Below are positions 44,443 to 58,269 of a stretch of DNA of 64,000 bases, piece after piece; position 1 is the first letter of the stretch, and each line of letters starts with the position of its first letter. The DNA lies in contig OZ024742.1 in the NCBI GenBank assembly GCA_964016885.1, forward strand, positions 230,702,001 to 230,766,000. Reading direction: 5' to 3'. The notes beneath the pieces were generated by a model, which worked only from the letters and a program-made list of their open reading frames with translations, did not search any database and was not told the origin of the DNA. Origin of the DNA: Eledone cirrhosa. Taxonomy: Eukaryota. A program made the position numbers and the translations under genes.

Positions 44443-45737
44443 TCATATTTCAGTGTAGTATTCTAATAAATCGTAATTTCTAGTATAGTCACAGGCAGGA
44501 ATGTTTGGTTAGGAAATGTTCTTCGCACCCACATCATTTCGGGTTCGGTCCCACTGTGCGTTGCCTTGGTCAAATATTCATTACAATAGCTTCAGCCTAG
44601 TTATTTCTTCTTGGGTGATCGATACATTGAAGAGATGAGGAATTATTAAACTACATAGACCTAAGTAATTGGCATTTGTCGGATCCAGATGTATGATAGG
44701 CAAAGTTGACCTCGGGTATATTTGAACTCAGAATGTGAAGTACCTGAACAAATATCCATAGACACAAAACTACAAATCTGGAGTAAGGATGTAGTCAATT
44801 TAATCGATCCCACTACTTAACTGGTACTTTACTTTATCGACACCAGAAGGACAAAACATAAAGATGACCTCGGCTGCATTCAACCTCAAAACGTAAAGAG
44901 ACGGAACAAACATCGCAAAGCATTTTGTGCAACATTTTAGTTAGTCTGTAAATGCATCGCCCTAATAATTGGTAAAAAAAAACATAGAAACAAGTAGAAA
45001 AACAGGATAGAAAGACGAAACAACACGAAAGAAAACGAAAAAATATACTAATAAACTATAATCTAGTTTTGGAATTTTGTTAATATCATAAGAGGAAATT
45101 GTATTTAAGATAAAATATATGACTACACAAACATAGTTAATGTTTAAAACAAAAATTGAATTTGATATTAACTGTGAGATGAAAGAACCTGATTTCAATT
45201 TTATTTTAACAGAAATTTTCCTTTTGATAAAAAAATGGTGTACAAATGCTTTTAGTTCACTTTTTGAGGTGTAATCATTTCTATGAGAGATAGAAAAACA
45301 TAAATTTCGAATAAATCGACTATAAAAGGTAATTATTTTAACGGAACTGGAAAAATGATAAGCGATGTCAATCTGAACTCAATTTTAACAAAGAATGACT
45401 CTGACAGTAACCCTCGACCCATTGATTTTGATGGAATATTCAATCAAAACTCAATAAAAGTGTCTCCTAAATGATTCTACGAGTAATTTCGGAGCTACCA
45501 AATTTTCACCCTTCCCTTCTTTTATTGTTTAATCAGGGACGGAAGGGCAGTGGCCATGACTCATTTAAGGGTCGCCGAATATTGGGCACAACTGCTTGTA
45601 ACAAAGTAAAATATTTAATGTACCCCAAAACCAAGAATCATGTTAAACCGGTCGATGAATTAAGTCGAGGACTTTAGTAAGCCGCCTAAAGTATCAGTCA
45701 ATTACTGTGTTAAGGCGTCAAATTGACAGAGTTATGT

Positions 45738-45796
45738 CCAGAAATAGCCGTCGAAACGGCTTGAGCTCTGCCGTCGGGGTCTTGAAAATGTTCCTA

Positions 45797-45797
<1 letters not shown>
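45738..45797 (+). mobile_element. Family G fragment
   Basis: ccagaaatagccgtcGAAACGGCttgagctctGCCGTCggggtc followed by (TA)n. Confidence 0.7.
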
Positions 45798-45833
<36 letters not shown>

Positions 45834-46778
45834 CCCCCCCCCCCCATCTAAATGCCCGAAGTTGATCATAAGACTTCATCGCTCAAGTACTGACTGGGTC
45901 GATATAATCGACTCTTCCATTCCACCAACACTCTGGCCTTGTGCTTTATATAAGAAATTATTTTGGGGGCAGAATCAAATGATATTCCTTACTCATTACC
46001 TTCTGAGCTGAACTGCTAGAGAGCTCATCTTTACATTACATATTTCCAGCACTGATAAAATAAAGCACCAGTAAACTACAGGTATCGATTTAATTAATTA
46101 TACACTTTCCCCAAATTTATAGTCTTGTGCTTATTAGATATTAGTATTGATTTTAATAAATGTATTTTTAGATAATATATAGTATCATTAGCTATTACTT
46201 TAATGTTTTCCCTCATTAGTTTTCTCTAACACATTGTGAAAACATCAAACAGTGTATTTACCCATCAATCTGATTAACAATTAATATGAACAATTATATG
46301 ACTTATTCAATGATGAAACAACAACAATGATCATTTTAATTGTTCAGGATAAATTTACGATTTACGTTCAAGCGTCGGATTAAATGATTCCGTGATTGTT
46401 CCGGCTCTCTGCGATCGGAGTTCAGTTCGCGCCCAGCTCACCTTTACCTATCATGCTTTCCGGCTGTTGATTGACAAATTTGTTAAAACGTCGGGCAACA
46501 TACTTTAGAACATGTGATCCGGTTCTGAAAGCTAGATTTTTTTTAGAGGCGGTCTTTATTCGCTTCGTCGTAGCTATGTCACTGGGTTATGAGAATTTTC
46601 ATGGGAGTTACACGTGTCACCCATTGCACCATCACCCCTAGTAGTTTATCGCAGTTGGCTCGGGGTTGTTTATTCGTCCGGCTGTTGCCCACTTATACCA
46701 CAACTAGCCATGATATCTGGTGGCTGTACCGCTATTCACCATCTGCGATGTATGTATGTATGTATGTTGGTATGTTTA

Positions 46779-47390
46779 TGTCAGATCACCAGTTGGTGCT
46801 ACTGGTAACATGTATCCCAGTACAACCTGTCCCATGGTCGGGTCGTTGGCGACTAAACTGGCAACCCCACCAAGGTTTCTTGGTGAGGAGGGTGACTTTG
46901 GACATCCTGCAGGACTAAAAATAAAAAAAAGTCAAAGGGCAAAGGAGCTCTTAAGCGTCAATGGCCATCCAAAATCACCGGGAAAGATGACCCCTTAGCC
47001 TTTTCCAAGGCAGAATTCTAGGAGAGGGAAAACTCTGATATAACACCTGCAACCTTGATGGTATCCAATGATGTTGACTTGTTCTTCTTTTTGGTAAATA
47101 TCATCTTGGTTAAGAGAGTGGGACTGGCTTTGTGCAGTGCCTTGGCTCACTATAAAAGCTTCACGGCACAGGCATTGCTTTATATCTGGAAATCTCTCTC
47201 CACTTGTCGTCACATGGTACCATGGGCCCAGCACTATGTGTCAATAATTGTCACAAGTGTTGTGTTTGTACCAGAGTTTTCAAGTCGCTGACTGGACTAA
47301 AAAATCACACTCGTTCAGCGCATCGGTAGGGGTTCTCCTACATGGATATAAAATAGTGGCCGTACTCGAAAACGAGTTGGCAGCCACCAT
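46779..47390 (+). mobile_element. Full-length (TACA)-family RTE-derived non-autonomous element
   Basis: Flanked by (TGTA)n; 3' part carries the zinc-finger remnant CHKCCVCTRVFKSLTGLKNHTRSAH. Confidence 0.8.
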
Positions 47391-47664
47391 GTATGTATGT
47401 ATGTATGTATGTATTATATTGTGTGCGTATTTCACCTTGTAGCTGATCGCAGTTATGAGCGGCCACGATGGAAAACTTTTATTGCAAGAAACTGCCACAT
47501 AATGATATAAAATATTTTACCTCACTCTGTTCTACATATATGTAACAAATGTTTGTAACGTGTATAACACGTACCAGTACACGTTTTACAACAACCTTAA
47601 TATCATATACATCTGTGTCTGATTGCATGGGTGTGTGTGAGTGTAAGTGAGTGTGTGAGTGTGT

Positions 47665-47722
<58 letters not shown>

Positions 47723-48030
47723 AGAATGATTAAATGTTTTCAATCTTTCAGAAATCCTTACTATTTTTACTATTTTGTGTCTGAAAACCAAATTCGTTAA
47801 AGTAAGAATTTTTGCGTTTTTTTTTTCATATATTGTTTTATTATATATATTTATTTATTCTTCATTTTGTGAAACAGGAAATTTAAAAGAAATTTTGTGT
47901 ATTTCAATGTTTGCTCAGATAACCTGAGGATGAAATTAAAATTTCGTTTTCATTTAAAAATTTAAAAAAATTGTTAAACTCTTCAAACATGTTTAATACG
48001 TCTTTAAGAATCTTTTTCTGCATACAATAT

Positions 48031-48145
<115 letters not shown>

Positions 48146-48774
48146 TTTTTGTTTTTTGTTTAATTTTGTGTTTTGTTTTTTCTCTGTTTTATCTCAATTA
48201 GATGATTTTGCCGATGGAAATGATGGATCAGAGATGGAGTTAATTGTTTAAACAATCAATGTTCTGTTGTTGTTGTTGTTGTGTTAATTAATTAGAAGTT
48301 AATTGAAGTTAATGAATGAATGGCATGTTGGGTCAATTTCAGTCCCTTTGATTATCTGCTATGATCAATATAAAAATAGAAATGAAAGGAAACGAAACCT
48401 TGACCTTGACTTTAATGAATTGTTACACATACATTAAACATGGCATTTATCACGACTTACGAGGAGATCACTGTGCGATCGATTGACAAATATTACTCGA
48501 ATCACATCCTACTGTGTATAAAAGAGGACGAATACATCAAATATTGTAGTTCTTGGTGCATTTAATTTACTGAAAGGTAAAAGATGTGATTGCCACGGCT
48601 GGAATTCATTAAATTATATTAGAATTTAGTCATGCGACTAAAGATAAACAACAAACAAACAGACACACACATACAGACACACACGCACACACACGTATAT
48701 ATATATATATATACGTGTGTGTGCGTGTGTGTCTGTATATATATATATATATACTGTATATATATATATATATA

Positions 48775-48952
48775 TTAAACTTTAATCTGTTATTTTAATA
48801 AATATTTGCTCTACGGTTCTTATATATTTTATATATATTTATCCTTATCGAGCCCTCTTTGGATTTTAGTCTTCAAATGTATTATTATTACTATATATAT
48901 ATAGTAATAATAATAAATGTGAAGACTAAAATCCAAAGAGGGCTCGATAAGG

Positions 48953-48965
<13 letters not shown>
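48775..48965 (+). mobile_element. Family F copy starting at the predicted cleavage site, with 3' fold-back across (TA)n
   Basis: Begins tt|aaactttaatctg; 48834-48892 is inverted at 48903-48965. Confidence 0.7.
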
Positions 48966-49019
<54 letters not shown>

Positions 49020-50199
49020 AGAGATAAGGAGCTAAGAGAACAATCACATCGCTTTGCTGAAACGTTCATATCTATGTTGTAAGAAAACGAATACATAAGA
49101 ATATCATAACTCTATATAAGTTTGAGATAATCAGAAAGACTGTACATAGGGTTGTACAGCGCTCATAAAATCTCGCCAGAAACGAGAAGTCTCAAATCAG
49201 TAATCTTAAGTCAGTCTTCACAAAGCTCATCAAAAACAAAAGATTCAGGGTTCAGTAACCGCATATACGTCTCCACAAAACTGATCCACACTAAAGTTCT
49301 CTATGAATTTTATTTTTTATTTAAAAGAGTGGTCTCACTTTTACTTATTGGGACCTATTACTTTGTCGTTACCATATATACATTTACCAATGACACAATA
49401 TAAAGTAGATGCGTTACGTAATACTATTGATAGAGTATCGGGATAGAGTGAGAATCAATCAATACTTAATACTGAAACACCAGCAACCTTCTGCTAGACT
49501 ACATCCAAGAATAAATAACACCGATTGTGGACAGTATATTTCTATGCAAGTAATTTGAAATTAGGAGGAATTGATTGACAATTTCAATAGACGTAGCTAT
49601 AGACTCAATTGAATTTGTCCAGCGAGTTTGTTATCAAACTTCACTGAAAATGGCTTGATTTTCTCTATTGTGTGATAACTACCCCTATGTTTTCATATGA
49701 ACTTCAACCGCTCTTAGATAAAATGGTAAAGTAAAAATACTCTGGAGACCTAGCGTACAGTCATACGACGAGATACTGCACAGTAAAACCTGATTTCGTT
49801 TTTCAATGACAAAATTTCACAATAGTGTACTGATTATTGGTATACCAATACTGAATGACTCTAATATTGTGTAGAAGAGAGATGAAAGGATTCACACTGG
49901 TCTAGCCGTTGAATTAAGCACATTACGGTGGAGATACAATGTGTGTGTCATCACATTTATTTTTGGTGTGACTGACGCCTGGAATAGTATACAATAACAT
50001 CTATGAAGACATGGGCAGTTTACATGTATGGAAAGACACGTTCAGACGAGAGTAATACAATATGTAAGTATTGTTAGTGTATTTGTTAACATTTAACATG
50101 GTTATGTATGTGTTTGAAAGTGTACCAAATTCCTTTGGAACAAAGGCATTTCTTGACTTACTTCTCAAGCCATGAACGTTAGAGGTAATAATAATAGTG

Positions 50200-50395
50200 A
50201 TTTCTACTTTAGGCACAGGGCCATCAATTTGGGGGCGGGAAAAAGTCGATTAAATTGACCCCAGTTCATTACTAGTGCTTTATTCATCGACCACATAAGG
50301 ATGAAAGGCGAAGCTAACCTCGGAGGGATTTGAACACAGAACGTAAAGAGCCATAACTCTATGCCATAAGGCATGTTATCCAGCGTTCTACCGAT
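50200..50395 (-). mobile_element. Abundant tRNA-SINE copy
   Basis: Family motifs on the minus strand. Confidence 0.75.
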
Positions 50396-51478
50396 ACTAC
50401 TACTACTAATAATAATAATCTAAAGATATGGAAATAGGGGCAACTTCTAGTTGGAGTTTGAAATAAGAAAAATCAAACATCAGTGCCTTGAGGATTACTG
50501 AAAAAATATTTTTTAAATCCTGAGAATATACAGGGCATCCCAAAAAGATTGTTGGTAAATTCCTCATCCGCCGCTTCCATGTGATCAAAGTATTGTTGAT
50601 GTTACTACAACTTACTCAGCATTTCAACAGCCAAGAGTGTGTGCAGTGCTGCGAACACGACCTCTACTCACCTTACTAGGGCTACAGGGACTAGAACAGT
50701 AGTCGAAATAAACGAACATTCTGGGCAATCTTGTATGACTTGGTAGTGGTTGTGAACAAATACAAAGACTCTTTTGATCCCTCTCCCTTGATCTAACGGA
50801 ACATTTAGAATGTAGAAATGAAAGAGGGCTACATTAGCAATAGGCTACTATTCTCTTTATTGACCCCGATAGAATAAAAGTTAAAGTGTATCTGGGCGGG
50901 GTTTGAACTCAGAACGGAAAGACCCAGATAAAACATTCAGTCTAACAGTCGCTATGTAAAGCGACACAGTGGCCACATTTACAGGGTGTATTAGTGAGTA
51001 AATAAATGTATATCCACAGGCAACGTAACATAAAGGTATTTCGGGTATCTATCACGTACACCCATGTTTGCATCTCTCAGATCCATGAGAAAACAGGGTT
51101 AATAATGTTCACCGCAGTATAAAGTAAGCAAATAATCAGATCGGTGGCGGGGCTGGGAGCATTTATCAAGAAAATATGCTGATACGAAAAAGATGGCAGG
51201 ATTAATAAGATAAGAAGATTAAGATAGACATAGGAACTTTCCAGAAAGTAATAATATCTGCAAGTTTTGTAATGGTATTCACACACAGTATATTATTTAC
51301 CAAGTTGTGCAATATATAGTCTATAAGAAAGGGAATTGTTTCGTACGTTTCTTAATACATGAATAATAATAATTGTTTCTACTTTTGGCACAGGGCCAGC
51401 AATTATTCCAGTGTGTCACTGGTACTGCACACTGGGATATGTGTGTGTGTGTGTTTGTGTGTGTATGTGTGTGTGTGT

Positions 51479-51523
<45 letters not shown>

Positions 51524-51622
51524 CGTGTGTGTGTGTGTGTGTCTGTCTGTCTGTCTGCCTGTAAATGTCTGTGTACGTGTATACATACATATAAATATGT
51601 TTATATATAGTAAATGTATGTA

Positions 51623-52019
51623 CTAGGGCAATCCCAAAAGTAAGGTCTCCTTCCGATATTGCAAATGTTCCGTTAAAACCCTGTGGATGGTGCTTCGGGA
51701 AACCTCAGGAACCAAAATGCAGAGAGCATCCAGAGTGATCCGCTGATCTTTACGCATGTTTTCCTCGGAAGGAGACCTTACTTTTGGGATTGCCCTCGTA
51801 TATAATAAGTGCGCGAAAGTCGCACTTGGTGGTAGGGTTCAACGGGAGCTCTGTTCTCAACGGCTGGCAACCCAAGATTGAGCATCCCAGCGAAGCGAGC
51901 GCATGCTTGTTTGGGAGTGAAGGAGGAATCACCAATCACAACAGTGTTGCCAACAGCCGTACGAACAGTTTCTCTGCGTCCCCAACGCTTTGGAGACCTT
52001 ACTTTTGGGATTACCATCG
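51623..52019. mobile_element. Mariner-type MITE (51623-51798) with an additional right TIR at 51992-52019
   Basis: TIR c(t/g)agggcaatcccaaaagtaaggtctcc and its reverse complement, with TA flanks. Confidence 0.8.
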
Positions 52020-52081
52020 TAATATATACATACAGATATATTTACATAATATATATAGACAGAGAAAGAGAAGGGAGAGAA

Positions 52082-52136
<55 letters not shown>

Positions 52137-52203
52137 TATCGTCTGATACATATAAAGTATATCTGGGTAGGAAATTGTCGTATTACTACGATTTATTAGC
52201 AAA

Positions 52204-52520
52204 ATCGTCTACATCTTGATATATACATACATACACATACATATACATCGACTACATCTTGATATACACATACATATAAATCGACTACATCTTGATATAT
52301 ACATACATACACATACATATACATCGACTACATCTTTATATACACATACATATAAATCGACTACATCTTGATATATACATATATACACATACATATACAT
52401 CGACTACATCTTTATATATACATATATACACATACATATACATCGACTACATCTTTATATATACATACATACACATACATATACATACATACACATACAT
52501 ATAAATCGACTACATATTTA
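52204..52520. repeat. Minisatellite of atcgactacatctt plus variable TA/CA spacer (~34-44-bp units)
   Basis: About eight copies of atcgactacat separated by microsatellite-like spacers. Confidence 0.85.
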
Positions 52521-52597
52521 TATATACACACTCTCACTCAAACAGACAGATATTTATGGATACACGTGAATGTTTGTGTGCGAGTCTATCTCTATAT

Positions 52598-52900
52598 GAT
52601 TGGCAGTATCGTTAGAGATTCAGACACCATGCTTTGAAACATGGAGTTACGTCCCTTTATGAGCTGAGTTCAAATCCCGCCGAGGTTAACTTTGCCTTTC
52701 ATCTTTACGGGGTCGATAAAATAAAGTACCAGTAATGTACTGGGTAATTTGCTGGCCTTGTGCCTAATATAGAAACAATTATTTATATAATAATTGTTTC
52801 GTCTTTTGGCACAAGGCCAGCAATTATCCCAGTGTATTACTGGTACTCCTTGTGGCAAAGCATGGTGTCTGACCCTCTTCTGATACTGCCAATACACCGC
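52598..52900. mobile_element. Tail-to-tail pair of abundant tRNA-SINE copies
   Basis: Plus copy 52598-52780; minus, internally deleted copy 52790-52900. Confidence 0.75.
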
Positions 52901-53618
52901 TCTTGGTTATATATATACATACATAATATATATATATATATATAATTTTTTTTTTTTTTTTTTTTCTCCTAGACTTAATAATTAACTGATTAATTTAATT
53001 AGACAATTCTGTTGATTGGTTAATTATTTGTGTTTGTTTAATAACATCTGGTTGAGAGCTTTTATTCTGAATGTTAGCGGAAATTAGAATATTTCTTTTG
53101 TTAACACTTTGAATCTACCCGCTAAAAACCGGGGGTTGCTTCCCTTGTTGGAAATAACACGTGGAAATGTACGGTGGCTCGCTTATAGCAGCAGCATTTA
53201 GCTCGTCCACTCCAGTTTTTTGGCAGAACGGAATCCCTGTTCGATCATGAAATGAATCCTCTGTTCGAGCGTGCCTGTTACGTAAGTTGAATATTTGATT
53301 TCGGATTCATAGAAACACTTTAAACGTTTATCGTTTGTTTTGTCCAGGTGTATTTTTTAACCTGTTAGTTATTTCGTTACTTTGGTATTGTGTGTTTGGT
53401 TTTGCCTACTACAATGTTCAATTTGTCAAGCTATTTAAACGTATGTTATTACTCTAAGGACCTACCCTAATTGGGTGCTTTGCTAACTCATTCATATTGT
53501 AGGTCGACTTAGGTTGCCTCTGGCCAAAGCTTCGATTTGACTAAGCTTCCGCTTGTATATATATATATATAAGCATATATATATATGTGTGTGTGTGTAA
53601 ATGTAAGTATGCACAAGT

Positions 53619-53655
<37 letters not shown>

Positions 53656-53679
53656 CAAACAAATCGAACATTATTATTA

Positions 53680-53852
53680 TTGGCAGTATCGGTAGAGGGT
53701 CGGACGCCGTGCTTTGACGCATAGAGTTATGGCCCTTGCCATTCTGAGTTCAAATCCTGCCGAGGTTAACTTTGCCTTTCATCCTTACAGGGTCGATAAA
53801 ATAAAGTACCAGTAATACACTGAGTAATTGCTGGCCAAAAGTAGAAACAATT
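53680..53852 (+). mobile_element. Abundant tRNA-SINE copy
   Basis: Family motifs. Confidence 0.8.
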
Positions 53853-53909
53853 ATTATTGTTCGATATAACCTATACGTTCATATATATATATATGTATAT
53901 ATGTGTGAG

Positions 53910-53946
<37 letters not shown>

Positions 53947-54370
53947 TCACGTGTTTATACTTTCATTTATATATCAGCTGTCATGGGGCGAGAAATAAAA
54001 TTCTAATTTTATTTTTCAACAGACAGACACTCACACAAATACATATGTATAAATATGGAGGATATGCGTGGACAAATGGTCAAATGGAAAATGTTCAATG
54101 AGAGCTTATTTAGTTTATATTAAAGTTCATATATTTAACATGTGGTCGTGACCTTAAGTTTCGGGATCCAGGTATGGCTACTACAGTATAATTGAGCAGC
54201 GGTACAAAACTGACCTCTCTCGTCTGGCACAAGGTCACATTTTTGTCCTTCTGCTTTACGAGAAAGGTCAGTTTTGAACCACTAATCCACTATATAGTGG
54301 TAGCCATGATTGGACCACGTATACGTGTTAAATATATCTATCTATATATATATATATATATATATATGTG

Positions 54371-54451
<81 letters not shown>

Positions 54452-54530
54452 GAAGTATTTCCGTCGGAAACCACTGGTAAATGAAATAATTATCTTATGT
54501 TGTTTATTAAATAACTAAATGAATAAATAA

Positions 54531-54577
<47 letters not shown>

Positions 54578-54645
54578 AAAGAGGCTGTTTGCGTAATTAC
54601 AAACGAATCGAATATTAATATTAATATTCAAAAAACTCAGATTAC

Positions 54646-54682
<37 letters not shown>

Positions 54683-54686
54683 CATT

Positions 54687-54738
<52 letters not shown>

Positions 54739-54751
54739 TACATATATATAT

Positions 54752-54912
54752 ACTAGTGCTATAACTGTTTCATTCGATAGAAATCATCAGGAAGCCCCGA
54801 ATGAAACAATTCTAGTACTGTAGAAGCCATTTCTATATTAAATATTTATACTCTGCTATGTATTGAGTACCTTACCTATTGTGGTTACCCCCGATTGAAC
54901 CCGGGATAAACA
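54752..54912 (+). mobile_element. Hammerhead element family E, inverted copy supplying both ribozyme halves
   Basis: Minus arm: ggcttc CTGATGA tttctatcgaat GAAA CAG...; plus arm: GAAA CAA ttctagta CTG TA gaagcc; helix I ggcttc/gaagcc. Confidence 0.75.
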
Positions 54913-54938
54913 TATATATATATATGTGTATATATACA

Positions 54939-55790
54939 TCCTCAGTGTATACTGATTACTGTTCAGAGCCATCCTGAGCATTCACGTGTAGCACCCATCC
55001 ACCATCTGAGTGAGATTCTTGGTCAGTGTCCAAGTCTCAGACCCGTACAGCAGCACAGACTCCACTACAGCAATGAAGAGGCGGATCTTCAGGTCTTTAC
55101 AAATGTCCGACGTCCACACAGATCTCAAGCTGTGGCATGCCGCCCAGGCTTTGCTCTTCCTCTCGACCACATCATCTTCCGTATTCCAAATCTTTGCTCC
55201 CAAATACAGGAAGTCCTCAACCAATTCTAGCGGCTTCCCGCCTACATTAGTAATCTTCTCTGGCTTCTCAACATTCTCTACCAGATATTACGCCTTAATC
55301 TAATTCATTCTCAGCCCCACACTCATTGACACAGTCTCAACCTCCTGCATCAAATCCTCTGTCTCCTTCACTGTGTTTGTCACCAAAACTATGTCGTCGG
55401 CAAATTCAGCATCCGATATCTTTTTCGCCTTAACTCTCCTGCTCTGAGCCGGTGTTACAGTAAAGCCAGAGTCCTGGTATTTCTCCAGCACAAGGCTCAT
55501 ACAATAGTCCACTGTACGGGAGCCTCCCAAACGTCAGCTCAAAAGTGACACAGAGGAGATTGAGGTTAGTTGGACATGCTCACCGACTTCCAGAGTTGAC
55601 ACTGCACTCAGTGCTCCTGTGGGAGCCCCTCCATGGATACACTGGAAGAGGAAGACCGATGTTAACATATGTTGATGCCCTAAGGACAGACACTGGCCTC
55701 TTGGAGACGCAGGACATGGTAGCGATAATTAGGGACAGAGACCGCTGGAGAGAACTCGTCCATGGATCTCGGGAATTGTACCCGCTCTAG
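54939..55790. mobile_element. RTE-like LINE with 5' inversion (minus 54939-55513, plus 55514-55790)
   Basis: RT motif EFADDIVL and FLYLG...LLYGSETW on minus; RLRLVGH...RGRP...RDRWR on plus; flanked by (TA)n. Confidence 0.88.
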
Positions 55791-55821
55791 ATATATATAT
55801 ATATATATATCTATACCTCTC

Positions 55822-55861
<40 letters not shown>

Positions 55862-55865
<4 letters not shown>

Positions 55866-56045
55866 GTTTCTACTTTAGGCACAAGGCCAGCAATTATCCA
55901 GTGCATTACTGGTACTTTATTTTATCGACCCCGTAAGGATGAAAGGCAAAGTCAACCTCGGCGGGATTTGAACTCGTAAAGGGACGTAACTATGCTGGAA
56001 AGCATGGCGTCCGACCCTCTACCGATACTGCCAATCCACCGCCCT
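55862..56045 (-). mobile_element. Abundant tRNA-SINE copy
   Basis: Family motifs. Confidence 0.8.
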
Positions 56046-56399
56046 TATAAAGTATTTTCACCATTATATATATATATATATAATGGTGAAAATACTTTAT
56101 CTTCAAGATATATTTTGATATCAAAATTCTCTATGTACCCTTCAAACAAGCTTTTCTGTTGAGTATTGAGTGTATAAATGTGTGTGTATAAATGTGTGTG
56201 TTTCCTTGTGCAAGACACTATCATACAGTCATATTAATACAGATATATGTCTATGTATCTATATGTAGCGTTCTAACAATTACATAGCCACATATCCATA
56301 AATAAAGGCGTACAGTTGTTTGACAGGAACCCAATATAGAAATATGATAAACATGAATCTTACCACATTATTTCTTTGAAATAATGAGGTATGATTTAA

Positions 56400-56560
56400 G
56401 GTGGTTGATTGGCAGTATCGGCATAGAGTTACGGCCCTTTACGGTCTCAGTTCAAATCCCGCCGTGGTTAACCTTGCTTTTCAACCTTACATGGTCGATA
56501 ACATATAGTACCAGTAATGCACTGGGATAATTGCTGGCTTTGTGCCAAAAGTAGAAAGAA
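56400..56560 (+). mobile_element. Abundant tRNA-SINE copy
   Basis: Family motifs with a deletion in the head. Confidence 0.7.
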
Positions 56561-56783
56561 TTATTTCATTGAAAAAGTGTAGTGAACTTTCCATTCGATT
56601 TGCTGAAACATCATGTCTATGTTGTAAGAAAATAAATGAGTATACATGTTTATGTATTCTTTTTTCTCCTCGTATCATACGGAAGCGACATAAAATATTG
56701 ATGAGGTTTCTGTAAACTTCTTTTTATTTTACTATATACGACCAAAATACTAGTTAAACATGTATGTAGGTATAATGTATATA

Positions 56784-56831
<48 letters not shown>

Positions 56832-57185
56832 AAGGCGCATGTTAGGCTCACTATCCTAAGTCGTAAATCTGATTTCAAAGTGGAAGGATCATTTTGTCCA
56901 TGAAGAGCACTATTTTTCATTTTTTCAGCTGTAAACAGTGTGTTGTACCAGCATTTCAAAGGACCAGCCTTGTCAAACATTGTCTTGCTGAATATCCATG
57001 ACAATTCCATTATCGGTAAATGTTTCTATGAAATGCTCAGCCATGGACAGGTTATTTTTACGAGCAGGCTGCTCCCTTGTTTAAACAACTGAAATAATTA
57101 TCGTTGAAACTGACGAAGATCCAGCACACGTATACACACATGTATGTATGAAATCAAGTATTTTGGAAAATCAAGCGCATTGATC

Positions 57186-57225
<40 letters not shown>

Positions 57226-57864
57226 CACAAGCTGCAAATGGTTATAATTCTCTAACTAAATGTATAGGCCATATTTGATTAGCTTTTCAAACCAATTCAA
57301 CATATTCAAATAATCAGCTATCAGTTTGTTAAATGGCCACTAAGGATAGACTGCCCAAACTGACGTGGAAAATTGCCAAAATCGTACTGAGGAAATTGAG
57401 AAGGAAATAATGGTTGTAGTATTTTACCGAATTAAATATGTGATATTTCTTACAAATAAAAAAAGAAAGAACAAAAAAGAAAGAACAAATCTAATCTATT
57501 TTTGTATTTCATATTATGTATTTGCTATAATTCAACGAAACATTTTAAGATAAGATTTTATATAAATAAAGAATGATATTAACTTTGAGAAAAATATACT
57601 GGAAAGGTGAAAAAAAAAAATAGGTAGAAAATACAATAATGAAGAAGAAATCAAGAGAATTAAGAAAGTAGAAGACAAAAGTAGTTTATATAAATATTTT
57701 TAAAACTTTCTAAAGTATACTAAAGCAATTCATAATATATAGTAAAGAACAGACTCCGATTCGGCTCCAAGCTAACTGGCTCCGATTTATATTAACTCTG
57801 TATCTATAAATGCACTGAGTACTATTCTCTCTCTCTCACTTTCTCTCTCCATATATATATATGT

Positions 57865-58160
57865 AATTGTTTCTACTTTAGGCACAAGGCCAGCAATTAC
57901 CCAGTGCATTACTGGTACTTTATTTTTTATCGACCCCGTAAGGATGAAAGGCAAAGTCAACCTCGGCGGGATATATATGTAATGGTTTCTCATTAGGCAC
58001 AAGGCCAACAATTTGGGGAAAGGGTAAAGTCGATTAAATCGACCCAGTCCGTTACTGGTACTTTATTTCATCGACCCCCGTAAGAATGAAAATTAAAGCT
58101 AACCTCGGCGGGATTTGAACTCAGAACGTAAAGGGCCACAACTCTATACTGCAAAGCATG

Positions 58161-58162
<2 letters not shown>
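57865..58162 (-). mobile_element. Two partial tRNA-SINE copies
   Basis: 57865-57972 and 57980-58162. Confidence 0.75.
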
Positions 58163-58202
<40 letters not shown>

Positions 58203-58229
58203 CATGCTTTGCAGTATAGAGTTGTGGCC

Positions 58230-58266
<37 letters not shown>

Positions 58267-58269
58267 GTA

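Noticed and set aside
46779-46870. Possible HDV-like ribozyme at the 5' end of the (TACA)-family element
   Set aside because: RTE 5' ends can carry one and the segment is conserved, but I could not build a consistent P1/P2/P3/P1.1 nested pseudoknot by eye.
52204-52520. CRISPR-like repeat-spacer appearance
   Set aside because: Spacers are microsatellite variants, the repeat is only 14 bp, the context is eukaryotic, and no cas genes are present.
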